Assembly: GCA_964016885.1 (NCBI GenBank) | Contig: OZ024753.1 | Span: 62,001-126,000 of the forward strand | Length of the DNA stretch: 64,000 bases | Reading direction: 5' to 3' | From: Eledone cirrhosa | Lineage: Eukaryota | Part shown: positions 26,831 through 40,230 of the stretch, one piece after another | Layout of the letters: the number at the start of each line of letters is the position of its first letter | Position numbering within the stretch: position 1 is the first letter of the stretch | The notes under the pieces: model-generated | Seen by the model: the letters and a program-made list of their open reading frames with translations, nothing else | What the model was told of the DNA's origin: nothing | The model's database searches: none | Program-made: the position numbers and the translations under genes

Positions 26831-27524
26831 ATGCAAGTCGTGAAGGCGTAGTAGTGGTCGAATTGCCGGAGTACTCCAAAATGTTATCAGCGTAAGAGCT
26901 GTGTAGGTGTATAGTCGCCAAGGTGTTCATCAAAGACGTTCGTAAACTTTAACAAAATAGTTGCGAACAAAACATTTAAAAATAATCTTTTGAAGTCCGT
27001 AGTATCCTTGAAACAGTAAAGAGTGCGCTTATGTTGGCCAAAGTAAAAGCGCGGGAATAAGTGATGAAGAAATAGGAGGTGAGTCGCCACATTGGACAAA
27101 AATGCCATGTGCAAACAAAATATTGTGTTATTGTAAACTCGACATTTTTTTTTATGTGTGTGAAGGATGTATTCTTTACAGCCAGGTCACCATTTTTTAT
27201 AGATACATCTTCACGCGTCAACTGTGTCGGTCTGTCTGATACGCGTCAACTGTGTCGGGTTTTTAACAAGAGAGTGAGACTGCCCATGTATTCATACGCA
27301 ACCTCCCATTGGTCAGTTTGACATTATTTCGTATGCAAATGTTTGTTTTAATGCGTAGTGGAACTACGTCGCACTTCACAATACCAACATTTGCATAGAC
27401 GATATTATATATAAACTGCATTAGAACAACTACATTTTTTTCGAAACATTTACCTTCACCAGTTGGATACGTGACATTGCCACTGAAACTCCCTTAAATA
27501 CGACTGAAATATTGGTCGGCTGGT

Positions 27525-27690
27525 ACACCCCTCAATATTTTGCGTGTGTGTACTTGATATGGGATCAACGAAATGCTTTGAACGATTGACAGTGAGATGT
27601 GTATAACGACCAGGCATACCCGCCACTCATCTGTATGGATCATAGATCCATTTGCACAGTGCCTTTCAATGAGAGGCAGCAGTCTCGGCA
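27525..27690 (-). pseudogene. Merlin (IS1595/IS1016-like) transposase fragment
   Basis: LLPLIERHCANGSMIHTDEWR, then after a frameshift GYTHLTVNRSKHFVDPISSTHTQNIEG. Confidence 0.85.
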
Positions 27691-28094
27691 GAATCAAGAC
27701 CACCGAGTATCGCCGGATTTTGCTCAACCCATTCACTACATACATCACGCATAAAATTGCACCGGTAAAAAAAATTTACTGTATATCGCAACAATATAGT
27801 GTTTAAAGAATTTTTTTTCTGTTAAAAACTGTAAATCTGTTAAAAAAAAAAAAATGTATTTCGCAGCAATATTTTTTCTGTTAAAAACTGTAAATAAATA
27901 TTCATGTAAAAATGAAGCATAGTTTTTCTGTGAAAAACTGTAAATAAATATTTATTTTGTTAAAAAATTAAATCAAAAATCTAATTTTCTCTGTTAATAT
28001 TTTAATAAATATTTATTCTAAAAATTCAATGTTTTTTCGTGTAAAAATGAAGCATGTCAGAAAATTAACATGTAAAAATCAAGCAGCAGGCACG

Positions 28095-28157
28095 CGCTAG
28101 CTCGTATCTAAAAAAAAATCGTATGTCGGTTCACTCGTATCTCAAGGTACCACTGTA
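28095..28157. mobile_element. Orphan pogo/Tigger-like terminal inverted repeat end with TA target
   Basis: ...actcgtatctcaaggtaccactg|TA (reverse complement TA|CAGTGGTACCTTGAGATACGAG). Confidence 0.6.
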
Positions 28158-28570
28158 TTTAAAACATATTTATGTTATTCTACTGTAAATTTATTTATAT
28201 GCTCTGTTTATATTTTCATTCTGAAAGAATTGCAAACGATTTCTAATGTTATTTATACAACTGAATAAAAGAGAAATTTGATAGTTTGTTAACAACTAAA
28301 TACATTTGGAACAATTATTTACATCTTACAATTTGAAATGTTATTATATATTAAATAAAGTACCAGTAATACACTGAATATTTGCCGGCCTTGTGCCAAA
28401 AGTAGAAACACTTATTATATATTAAATAACGTTACAAATGGGAGTGAAAATATAAACACATATGATATATACAAAGAATATAAATAAATTTACAGTAGAA
28501 TAACATAAATGTTTTAAATATATACATAACACTACAAATGCTTAAGTAACAGTATAAATTGAAGGGGTGG

Positions 28571-28838
28571 AAAACGGAGCCAACACCAGAGCAAAAGACA
28601 GCAGCCAGGGGTACTGGGCAACCTCTCTAATGATTTTTAAGGCAAGCCAGCACACTGGCAGTGTTACCTCGAGTGATGGCGAGGCTGGGGTGCTGGAAGA
28701 AACAAGCGCCCTCGCCAGTTACCTCTATTAGGCGAGCCGCCAGTGAAGAGAGGAACCTCGCAGTCAGCGGCCCGACTCCCCACAGGCTGAAAAATTTACC
28801 CCTCGCTGCTGTCTTTTGCTCTGATGTTCAACCGTTCC
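28571..28838. mobile_element. MITE-like GC-rich element with ~42-bp inverted repeats
   Basis: aacaccagagcaaaagacagcagccaggggta (left) pairs with tacccctcgctgctgtcttttgctctgatgtt (right). Confidence 0.7.
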
Positions 28839-29560
28839 TTTGCATTTTCATAAATAAATTGACAGTTTTTCGAAGCTAGAAATCAAATAGAGATATTTTT
28901 ATACACATTGTATTATGTGTTTTTATTTTCATTCTGAAAGAACTGAACAATTTGTAATGTTAATTAAACACATGTTTAGCATACCTTTGTCTTCCTCGTC
29001 TTGCTTCATTGAGAAATTCTAGTTTCCTCTCTTAATTCATTTCTTCTTTCTTCTGTTAAATTTCCTCTGAACTTTTTCCTTATATCATTAATATTATTGT
29101 TGTTTAAGTTGTTGCATTGAAATGGTTATCACTATTATGTGCTGTATCAATATTGATAGCGTAATTTTCTGAAGTGACTCTCTTGTAAAATAAATGTCTT
29201 ATTTGCTCCCATGGACGAGAAAGGAGGGTAAGAATAAATAAAAAAAAGTTTCCAGAAGAAATAATAGTGGTCCGTTTGTTCAAACAATGAAACACAACTT
29301 GTTACGTTTTCACCGAAAATCAAATTCAGCGCCGTTCGTCTACCATTGCTGTATGTGGGTGTGTCTAAGTTTGTTTGGTGTGTACGCACGTGTCAAAGTC
29401 AATCATGTAATTATCTCCCCTTGGCAAACAAGTATGATATGGCGTAAGAGGGTGTTTAACATCTCAAGATAGACGTTGCAAAAGGTTTTGAGATACATAA
29501 ATAGATATGTAGGTAGATAGATATATAATTGATAGATATGTAGGTAGATAGATAGATATA

Positions 29561-29688
29561 TAATTATCACAAGTGTAGTGTTTGTACAAGAGTTTTCAAG
29601 TCGCTGGCTGGACTAAAAAGTCACACTCGTTCAGCGCATCGGTAGGGGTTCTCCTACATGAATATAATGTAGTGGCCGTACTCGAAAT
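29561..29688 (+). mobile_element. 3' end of the C2H2-finger RTE-type family (paralogue of 1745-1875)
   Basis: HKCSVCTRVFKSLAGLKSHTRSAHR* followed by the same short UTR. Confidence 0.8.
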
Positions 29689-29840
29689 ACTGATATATAT
29701 ATATATATATGTATGGGTACTGGTATGTATATGTATGTGTGAATACTAATGTATGTGTATGTATGTATGTGTGTATGTATGTGTGTATGTGTATGTGTGT
29801 ATATGTATATATGTGTATGTATGTATATATGTATATATGT

Positions 29841-32800
29841 ATCATCATCATGATCTTCGTTTAACGTCCATATTCCACGCTCGCATGGGTTTGGACGGGA
29901 ATTTTCCCACTTGAGGCAAGAGTGGTTGTCTTGCTCGCATAGGACTGTCTGGCGGGTTTTCTACGGTTGGATGCCCTTCCTAACACCAACCACATTTACA
30001 GTGTGGAACTGGGAGGTTTTTACCGTGTTACCTACACGCCCACATTACAGCGTGGACTGTGTGTGCTTTTGTCGTGACACCTACACGACCTCATTTGTTT
30101 CGGGCTGGATGTTGTGGTACCAACATAACTTTACATTGAAAGGGGTGGTGTGGATGGAGTGGGGGTAATGGGACGGGGGTGTATTTTGTTAGAGGTGCCT
30201 ACTGACTGTAGTAGGTTTCACTTTGTACTTAGGTAAGGCGGGTCTTCTCTATTACTGTGTAGCGCCAAAGAACTCGATCCAGTGACATTGTCTTGGAGAG
30301 GTGTAAGTGTGTGAGGTCGGAATTTATCAAGTCGTCCCAGGTTTTTCTGGGTCTGCCTACTCCGTGGCTACCGTTTATTTTTATTGCCCTGCACATTTTT
30401 ATACAGCTGTCGTCTTTCATGCGCATCACATGACCATACCAACATAGTCTTCTCTCGAGTAAACATCTGATCCCTCTTATTTCTAATTTCTCCCTTATTT
30501 CGTTTATGCTTTGCCGTTCACGTATATTACTATTACACATCCAGCGGAGCATGCAAGCTTCGTTTCTCTCCAGCCTGCGTATATCCTCTGCACACAATGC
30601 CTAGGTCTCACTGCCATGTAACATTGCTGTTCGTATGCAGGCATCATACAGCCTGCCTTTCATTTTTAGAGAGAACCCTTTAACGGCCAATAGTAGTATA
30701 AGCTCTCTTAACTTTTTCCATCCCGTTCTGACTCTAGCTACTGTACTTTCAGAGCACCCTCCCCCACTGCTGATTTTATCACCCAGGTAACGGAAGCTGT
30801 CCACTATTTCTATAGAACCATCTGTGCAATGGAATGAGTTAGTATTCTGTGGGCACTTGTGTGCTACTTATTGCACCAGAGCACCGGCCACATATAAAAT
30901 CTATATTCTTAGTTAGCTTTCCTGTGATCCAACTACATCTTTTATGTAGCCATACTTTGCATTTGGGACATAAAATGGAGTTTCTACCTACGCCTTTCCT
31001 ACACACTGAGCATGGCCATTTCCCAGATGGGACCGGTGCCCTATTTTCCTTCCTACAAACTTTAGTCTTAGACAAGTTAACTTTAAGGCCTTTTGATTCT
31101 AGGCCATGCTTCCATGTTTGGAATTTATTTTCTAGTTCAGCCATTGATTCAGCTATGAGCGTTAGATCATCTGCATATAGGAGTTCCCATGGGCAGCCGG
31201 TCTTGAACTCCTCTGTTATAGCCTGAAGAGCAATAATAAATAGTAGGGGGCTAAGGACGGAGCCCTGATGAACACCAACTTTTACGCTAAACTCTTCACT
31301 ATATTCGTTGTTAATTCTAACCTTGCTGACTGTTTCTTTATACATGGCTTGTATAGCTCTCACAAGCCATTCATCAACACCTAGTTTTCTAAGGGCTCAC
31401 CAGATAATCAAGCGGGGTACTCTGTCAAAGGCTTTCTCCAAGTCAACAAAAGCTAAGTATAGGGGTTTACTTTTAGCTAGGTACTTCTCCTGTAGATGTT
31501 GTACAATGAAAAGAGCGTCTGTTGTACTTTTACCTGACACAAACCCGAACTGCATTTCGTCTAGATCAATTCGCTCTCTGATTAGTTGCGCTATTACTTT
31601 TTCTGTGACCTTCATGACCTGGTCAATTAATTTAATGCCTCTATAGTTTCCCCCTATCTAGGGCATCACCTTTACCCTTGTAGCAGTTAATGATGATGCT
31701 GCTGCGCCAGTCCTTCGGAACGACCCCATTCTGTATGACTTGGTTTACTATCCGGGTGACCATACTGTGTCCCACCGTTCCAGATGCTTTCAGCATTTCG
31801 GCAACTATTTCCGAAGGCCCGGACGCCTTGCCCGTCTTCATGTCTTTGATCGCCTTACTTATTATACTACCTTCAAATTTCACTGCTGGTCCCTCTATTG
31901 GGTCGATGTGGGGGAGACTGTCTTTCTCCCAATTATTCTCCTCATTTAGTAGCCTTTCGTAGTGACACTTCCAAGCTACCTTCTTATCAGCGTCAGTGAT
32001 GGCAAGTACACCATCATCATTTAGGACACACTTCTCCCCGACAATATCACTGTGTTCCTTGACACATTGCCTAGCAATCCTGAACACCTCACGTTTTTGG
32101 TCCTCGCGTTGTAGAACATGCTTGAACTTTCTTTCCTCTGCTTCCCTTCTTGCGAAGTACACTTGTCTCCTAGCTTCCCTCCTGGCCACTTGATAGTCTT
32201 CTCTACTTCCCCCATCCCGCCATGCTTTCCAGCCTTGATTGACCTCTCCACCACCAAGTTACTCTCCTCCTGTCTAGAGGCCTGCTCCAGCCACAGGTTT
32301 CATCTGTCGCCTTCAACAGGTTAGCTTTCAGGAATTCCCACTCTTCCTCTATATTGTACAACTCTAATTGCTCTTCCTTACTATCAAAAGCATCAAGTAA
32401 TATGCTTTTAAATTTATTACTGGCTGTGGGGTCCTTTAATTTCCATATTTTTCTCCTGAGGATAGTCCTCTTCTGTTGTCGAATACGTCTCGTCCTGACT
32501 ATGAGGTCGCTAATTATGAGTCTATGTTGAGACGTGCATTCTTCATGGGGGAGGGATTTAGTGTTTACAACAGACACTCTGTCACGTCTCCTGGTAAGGA
32601 TATAATCTACCTGGCTTGTGTGTCCCCCTATCTATAGGTGATCAAGTGATTGTCTCGTTTTTTGAAGTTAGTGTTACAGATAGTTAGGTTATTTGCGTCA
32701 CAGAATTCCAGGATTCTGGAGCCTTCCTCATTTCTAGTACCAAACCCATAGCCTCCATGGATTCCGTCATAGCCGTCACAATGTTGTCCAACGTGACCAT

Positions 32801-33345
32801 TTAGGTTGCCAGCAATAATTATATAGTCACTGTTGGTTATTTGGGAGGTAGTGAGCATCAGTGTCTCATAGAATCTGTCTTTTATAGTGCCGGGCAGTCC
32901 GGATTGGGGTGCGTACGCAGATATTACTGTCACCGTAGTTCTATTGAGGACAAGTCTTATTTTAATTATTCTGTCGTTCACTCTATTTACGTCTATTATC
33001 TTATCTGCCCACTTTTCTGCTACCATGATTCCTACTCCACCCAGCCCATCGTCATTTCCCACCAAGAAAAGCTTATAGCATCGTTCTTTACCCACGATGA
33101 ATCTAGCAGACCCACCCCTCCACCTGGTCTCTTGAATACAACAAACATCGACCTCCTTACGTTCAAGCATTTCTACAACCTCATTAGAGCGACCCTTTAA
33201 GGTGCCTACATTCATGGTACCAACTCTGAAGTTTTGGATTGCGTTTGGAGGGTGGGAGCGGGGGGAAATGGGGGAGATGGGTTATGTTAGCCATCCACGA
33301 CCGAAACAAAGAGGAGCCCTTGCATTCTCGTCCATGAGGTGAATT
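29841..33345 (-). mobile_element. Near full-length RTE LINE (APE-RT with PHD), disrupted by frameshifts and stops
   Basis: Successive minus ORFs NVGTLKGRS..QETRW, AGNLNGHVG, QFGFVSG, DLEKAFD, HQGSVLSP, YADD, PHD, GRPRKTW; long 3'UTR and (GAT)n tail. Confidence 0.96.
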
Positions 33346-33349
33346 TGTT

Positions 33350-34149
33350 TTTATGTATGTATATATATATATGTATGCATATGTGTGTGTATGTATGTAT
33401 ATATATGTGTATATGTATATATGTGTGTATGTATATATGTGTGTATGTGTATATGTATATATGTGTATATGTATATATGTGTATATGTATATATGTGTAT
33501 GTATATGTATATGTATGTATGTATATGTATGTATGTGTATATGTGTGTATATGTATGTGTATGTGTATATGTGTATATGTATGTATATGTGTATGTGTAT
33601 ATGTATGTATATGTGTGTATGTATATGTATATATGTATGTATATGTATATATGTATGTATGTGTATATATGTATGTATATGTATGTATATGTATATATGT
33701 ATGTATGTATATGTATATATGTATGTATGTATATGTATATATGTATGTATGTATATGTATATATACTTGTGTATATGTATATATACTTGTGTATATGTAT
33801 ATATACTTGTGTATATGTATATATACTTGTGTATATGTATATATACTCGTGTATATGTATATATACTCGTGTATATGTATATATACTCGTGTATATGTAT
33901 ATATACTCGTGTATATGTATATATACTCGTGTATATGTATATATACTTGTGTATATGTATATATACTTGTGTATATGTATATATACTTGTGTATATGTAT
34001 ATATGCTTGTGTATATGTGTATATGAATGTGTATATGCTTATGTGTATGTATGTATGTATATGTATATTATGTATATATATATGTATGTGTGTATGTATG
34101 TGTATGTATGTATGTATGTATATGTATGTATATGTATTTATATGTATAT
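33350..34149. repeat. Compound TA/TG microsatellite with an embedded 20-bp minisatellite
   Basis: (gtatatgtatatatactYgt)n at ~33750-34010. Confidence 0.95.
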
Positions 34150-34478
34150 GGAGGCACATGGCTTAGTGGTTAGAGCATTGGCCTGGCAATCAAAAGATTG
34201 TGATTTCAATTCTCACACCGGGTGATGTGTTGTTTCCTTGAGCAAGACACTTTATTTCACATTGCTCCTGTTTACTCAGCTGTAAAAATGAGATGATAGG
34301 ACAGGGGTCCCTATCATTCCACTGTAAAGTGGACGTGTAGGCGCCACGGATATAAAGCACCCAGCACTCACTGTAAATGAGGTTGGTGTTAGGAAGGGCA
34401 TCCGGCTGTAGAAATCAAGCCAGAATCAGTTCACGTCCCACCCTTGCAAACAGGGAAAAGCGGATGTAAAATGATGAT
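34150..34478 (+). mobile_element. tRNA-derived SINE with RTE-derived tail
   Basis: A-box tggcttagtgg, degenerate B-box, CORE-like ccttgagcaagacact, aggaagggcatcc domain, tail ccacccttgcaaacagggaaaagcggatgtaaaatgatga. Confidence 0.9.
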
Positions 34479-36095
34479 TCGTTGTTAATTCTAACCTTGC
34501 TGACTTTTTCTTCATACATGGTTTGTATAGCTCTGACAAGCAATTCATCAACACCTAGTTTTCTAAAAGTCCACCAGATAATGGAGCGGGGGACTCTGTC
34601 AAAGGCTTTCTCCAAGTCAACAAAAGCTAAGTATCGGGGTTTACTTTTAGCTAGGTACTTCTCCTGTAGTTGTCGTACAAGGAAAAGAGCGTCTGTGGTA
34701 CTTTTACTTGACACAAACCCAAACGGCATTTCGTCTAGATCAATTCGCTCTCTTATTAATTGCGCTATAACTCTTTCTGTGACCTTCATGACCTGGTCAA
34801 TTAATTTAATGCCTCTATAGTTTCCCCTATATAGGGCATCTCCTTTACCCTTGTAGCAGTTAATGATGATGATGCCATTATGCCAGTCATTTGGTATAAC
34901 CCCATTCTGTATGACATGGTTTACTATCCGGGTGACCATAGAATGTCCCACCGATCCAGATGCTTTCAACATTTCAGCAACTATCTCTGAAGGCCCAGCT
35001 GCTTTGCCTGTCTCCATATCTTTGATTGCCTTACTTATTATACAACCTTCAACTTGCACTGCTGGTTCCTCTATTGGATTGTTTTGGGGCAGACTATCTT
35101 TTTCCCACTTATTCTCCTCATTTAGTAGCCTCTCATAGTGACACTTCCAAGCTACCTTTTTATCTGTATCAGTGATGACAAGTATACCATCATCATTACG
35201 GGCACACTTCTCCCCGACAATATCACGGTTTTCCTTGACACATTGCCTAGCAATCCTGAACACCTCACGTTTTTGGTCCTCACGTTGTAGAACATGCTTG
35301 AACTTTATTTCTTCTGCTTCCCTTCTTGCAAAGTACACTTGTCTCCTAGCTTCCCTCCTGGCCACTTGATAGGCTTCTCTGCTTCCCCCCATCCCGCCAT
35401 GCTTTCCAAGCTCTCTTTTTGGCCTTGATTGACTCCTCCTGCCTATAGGTCTGCTCCAGCTACAGATTTCATCTGTTGCCTTCAGCAAGTTAACTTTCAG
35501 GAATTCCCACTGTTCCTCTATACTGTATGTCTCTAATTGCTCTTCTTTACTGTCAAAAGCATCAAGTAATTTGCTTTTAAATTTGTTACTGGCTGTGGGG
35601 TCCTTTAACTTTCATATTCTTCTTCTCAGGGTAGTCCTCCTCTGTTGTCGAATACGTCTCGTCCTGACTATGAGGTCACTAACTATGAGCTATGTTGGGA
35701 GGTGCATTCTTCACGGGGGAGGGAAATAGTGTTTACAACAGACACTTTTTCACATCTTCTGGTAAGGATATAATCTATCTGACTGCCATGTTCCCCTGAT
35801 CTATAGGTGATCAAGTGATTGTCTGGTTTTTAAAGTTTGTGTTACAGATAGTTAGGTTATTAGAGTTACAGAATTCCAGGATTCTAAAGCCTTCCTCATT
35901 TCTGGTACCAAACCTGTAGCCACCATGGATTCCATCATAGCTATCACAATGTTGTCCAACATGACCATTTAGGTCGGCAACAATTATGTTGTCACTGTCG
36001 GTTAGTTGGGAGGTAGTGAGCATTAGCGACTCATAGAATCTGTCTTTAATAACGCCAGGCAGTCCACATTGGGGTGTGTAAGCAGATATTATTGT
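34479..36095 (-). pseudogene. Internal RTE LINE fragment (APE to RT motif 3)
   Basis: 357-aa minus ORF with NYRGIKLIDQ and DLEKAFDRVP; upstream DLNGHVGQH and ISAYTPQ. Confidence 0.93.
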
Positions 36096-36544
36096 CCCCC
36101 TTTGCCCACCCGTCTCTTAAAGTAGCAGTAAAACATTGAACAATATTGAGTCAGCTTTTATAAAGTCGTTTGTCAAACGAGAGAACAGAGAGACAATACC
36201 AGTAACCACGAGAGAGACAACCAACCAACCATAATTATATAATAAATCAAAGTGAAAACAAAACAATATAATTCAACAGATTTTTCCAGATAAATCTTGC
36301 AAAACAATTTTTACCACCACCAACACCAACATAATTTCATCAACACACATATTATACATATATATCTTTCATTTTCTAACCTTAATCCCTAACAAATCCC
36401 ACCCCCTCCAGTTCTAAAAATAGCAAATTCTTCCAGAAAGATAGACAGGGAAGAGAGGAAACACAGAGAAGAGAGGAACCCAGTATTTGACTGGTACTTT
36501 TATTCATAAAAAGATAAAGTGAGAAAAATAAAGAGAGGAAGAAT

Positions 36545-36670
36545 TCACATCAGTATTTCACTGGTACTTTTTTTATCAACTTCCAAGGGATGAAAGGCAA
36601 AATTGACCTCGGCGGGATTTCAACTCAGAGAGCATAGAACAAAAAGGAATACTGCAAAGTATTCTAATAA
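36545..36670 (-). mobile_element. SINE fragment (Deu/Nin-type domain)
   Basis: ctggtactttttttatcaacttccaagggatgaaaggcaaaattgacctcggcgggatttcaactc is the reverse complement of the 25497 motif. Confidence 0.65.
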
Positions 36671-36784
36671 CTCCCACCTTATATGACATTTCATATATAT
36701 ATATATAACAATTGTATATATGCATGTGTGTATATACAACAAAATGATGAAATTAATTAAATGGAAAATTTTTCCCCAATACAA

Positions 36785-36960
36785 AACGTAAAAATAAATT
36801 TAACAAAGCTTTTTTTTTAAGAAATTAATTATATTTAATTTTTTTTTTAAGAAATAAATGAAATTAAACTTTTTATTTTTTAAGAAAAAAATTAAATTGA
36901 ACTTTTTTTTAAGAAATAAATTAAACAAATTTTATTTTTTAAGAAATAAATTAAATATAA
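36785..36960. repeat. AT-rich minisatellite, ~5 units of ~30 bp
   Basis: ttttttttaagaaataaattaaa repeated. Confidence 0.8.
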
Positions 36961-37020
36961 ATCTGACTGACCTGCAGCCATTTGACTTCCCGTGAGTGAT
37001 TATGAACACACACCCACTAA

Positions 37021-37445
37021 TATCATCATCATTTTACGTCCGCTTTTCCCTGCTTGCAAGGGTTGGACGGGTCCTATTCAGCACAGCATCTCTCCACTTG
37101 TCACGGTCCTTCGTCATCTCCTCGGTGAGATTTGAGGTCTGCTCTCACCACCTCCGCCCATGTTTTTCGTGGTCTACCTCTACTGCATCTTCCTTCTACT
37201 GGGATTTCTTGGCACTTCTTTAGCCGGCGGTCATCCTACATTCGCATCACATGTCCATACCATCTCAGCCTTCTCTCCTGCACACCACAACTTATCCCTC
37301 TTATACCCAGTTTCTTTCTCAACTCGTCTATGCTTGGTCGTTCACGCACTTTGGCATTGCACATCCAATGGAGCATGCTTGCTTCATTTCTCTCTAGCCG
37401 TCGCATATCTTCTGCAGTTGCTGCCCATGTCTCACTACCATCTCA
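37021..37445 (-). mobile_element. RTE LINE 3' end, short-type tail
   Basis: Reverse complement homologue of 2400-2800, including the (GAT)n tail. Confidence 0.9.
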
Positions 37446-38630
37446 CACATGTGTGTATGTATGAATCTGTGTGTGTGTGTATAATTGTGAACCTGGTGGT
37501 GGGGATGGAGGTGGTAGTAGTTGTTTGGGCGGAAATTTCATTGAGATGAAAGAAGTTTTGCCAGTCAGTGTGGGTATGTGTGTGTATGTGTAACAACAAC
37601 AACACAAACACCGCCACCACTCACAACAACACCGCCAATCCAAACAACACCAGCAAAAACTAAAACATGATTTATTATTCTGTGAAGAAATTAAATATTT
37701 TGATCAGAACAATGTGAAATATATGTGTGTGTGTGAGTGTATGCATGTATGTGTGTACTTGTATATCGTAATTTCTATGTCTATATTTATGAGAAAGAAG
37801 GATAGAGAATCAACAGATCATGTATATAAATAGCTATTCAGTTTCATATATACACACCCACCCAAAAATTAAAACTTAACCCTATCAATTCTTCTACAAA
37901 TTGATGAATCCTGTCTTATCTAAGTGACAATCATATTTAAACAATAAAATACAACCCCAAACCTTGAAAATACCTAACCTGTTGCAGTAATTATGTCACA
38001 TGAAATATCTTTCTTTTAACAGCATACAATTAGCACTGACTGAGACCGAACCAGCCTTAACAAGGCATAAATTCAATCACAGTTTTATCAAACGACAACA
38101 TTTCCGGATAAAAGGGAAACAACTCCAATAATTTTATTAAAATATTGTAGAGTAATCTCCCTTTGCTAATTGGAATGCTGCATAAACAGATTTGTAGTCT
38201 TATGTAAACACACAAACACTATACACAATAACATATATATATATATGTAGATATACATATAGATATACATATACGTGTATACATACATACATATATAGAT
38301 ATATGTACACATAAGTATATACATACATGACAATATACTATACCCCCACATCAAAACTAAAGCGCAACTATTTCAACGCTGGCAATCTAGCTCAACTTAT
38401 CAGAGCTACAAGTCAAAATGTCAGAGTAAAAAGAAAAAAAAATTAAGCTTTTTAAACAAACGAGTTTTAGGAAATATATAAAATATAACCGGTGGCAATG
38501 TAATCCATCTTAGCAATTAATTATTATTGAAATTATATATTAAAAACAAATAGATATTTAGTGCTCAATGTCTGTTCATGTGAGTGAGAGAGTGTATGTG
38601 TGTGTTTTCTTCTTTCATTTTTTCACAAAT

Positions 38631-40230
38631 TATTATCCGATAGAGGGACCAGCTATTCACAAAGACGAATATAGGGTTAGGGCATCAAAAGTAGCTACTA
38701 AACTGGTTGCACGCATCGTCAATCAAGTTATATATATGGCTGAGTCATACCCAAAGACTGGTGCAGCAGTATTCTTATAAATTGCGACAAAGGTAGAAAG
38801 GGATGCTCTGGAAATGAGCAATTATAGGGGCATCAAACTGATGGATCCGGTTATGAAAGTGACAGAAAGAATACTATTGCAACTAATTAGAGAAAGGGCC
38901 AAACTAAATGAGATGCAGTTTGGTTTTATGCCTGGGAAAAGTACAACAGATGCCCTCTTCTTAGTGATACAACTACAAGAGAGGTTCTTAGAGAAGAATA
39001 AGCCACTATACTTAGCTTTTGATGACTTAGAGGAGGTCTTTGATAGTGTACCACGATCTGTCATCTGGTGGTCTCTAAGGAAAATAGGTGTAGAGGAATG
39101 GCTTGTGAGGACAGTGCAAGCTAAGTACAGAGGTTCTGTCAGTAAAGTGAGAGAAGTAATGGAGTTTAATGAGGAATTCCAGATACAAGTAGGAGTGCAT
39201 CAGGGCTCTGTCCTCAGCCCGATCTTATTCATTATAATTCTCCAAGCCATAACACGAGTTTAAGACTGACTGCCCATGGGAACTTCTCTAGGCTGACGAT
39301 CTGGTACTTATAGCAGATTCAGTAGAGGAACTAGAGAAGAAATTCTGTCTATGGAAAAATCAGTTGGAATCAAGAGGACTGAGAGTGAACCTAGCTAAGA
39401 CAAAAGTATTGATAAGTAGAGAAGAGGACAAAACTCTGATTCCATCAGGGAAATGGTCATGTTCAATATGTAGAAAAGGAGTTGGGATAAATTCTATAAA
39501 ATGTACACAATGCAGATCCTGGGTACACAAGAGATGTAGTGGGATAGCAGGCAAACTAACAAGTAGAGAGAAATACGTATGCAGTAGTTGTACAGAACTT
39601 GACAGTAGAAGACGCAGTGATAGACACATTTACCACATGAAGGTGGGTTCTAAAGAAGTGGGTGATAGCTTCCGCTACCTAGGTGATCTGATTAGAATGG
39701 GAGGGGTGTTCCGAGACCATAATATCTAGAATAAGGACAGGTCGGAAGAAATTTAGGGAGCTGCTTCCTCTGTTGACAAAGAAGGATTTCTCCCTGCGTA
39801 CGAAAGGATGGTTATATGATGACTGTGTGAGATGCGCGATGCTGCATGATAGTGAGACTTGGGCAGCAACTGCAGAGGATATGCGATGGCTGGAGAGAAA
39901 TGAACGACTAGGCATGGAGGACTTCAGGGAGAAACTGTTTAACTGGGATAAGTTGTAGTGTGCAGGAGAGAAGACTATGTTGGTATAGACATGTGATGCG
40001 CATGGAGGATGACACCTAGGTAAAGAAGTGCCAAGAAATCCCAGTAGAAGGACAACGCAGTAGAGGAAGACCACGAAAAATACGGGCGGAGCTGGTGTGA
40101 GCAGACCTCAAATCTCTAAAGCTCAATGAGGAGATGACGAAGGACCGTGACAAGTGGAGAGATACTGTGCTCAATAGGTTCGTCCCACCCTTGCAAGCAA
40201 GGAAAAGCGGACGTAAAGTGATGAAGATAA
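38631..40230 (+). mobile_element. 5'-truncated decayed RTE LINE (RT with PHD, short-type tail)
   Basis: NYRGIKLMDP, HQGSVLSP, *ADD, GKWSCSICRKGVGINSIKCTQCRSWVHKRC, tail cccttgcaagcaaggaaaagcggacgtaaa. Confidence 0.93.

Noticed and set aside
33287-34225. Long ORFs (up to 290 aa) rich in Y/I/H/T or C/V/M/Y, also at 43743-44628, 52944-53611 and 62654-63430
   Set aside because: Stop-free frames produced by TA/TG microsatellites and minisatellites; not protein genes
34150-34225. tRNA gene candidates (also 44553, 53536, 48552)
   Set aside because: A/B boxes present but the cloverleaf is imperfect and the sequence continues into a SINE body or other repeat
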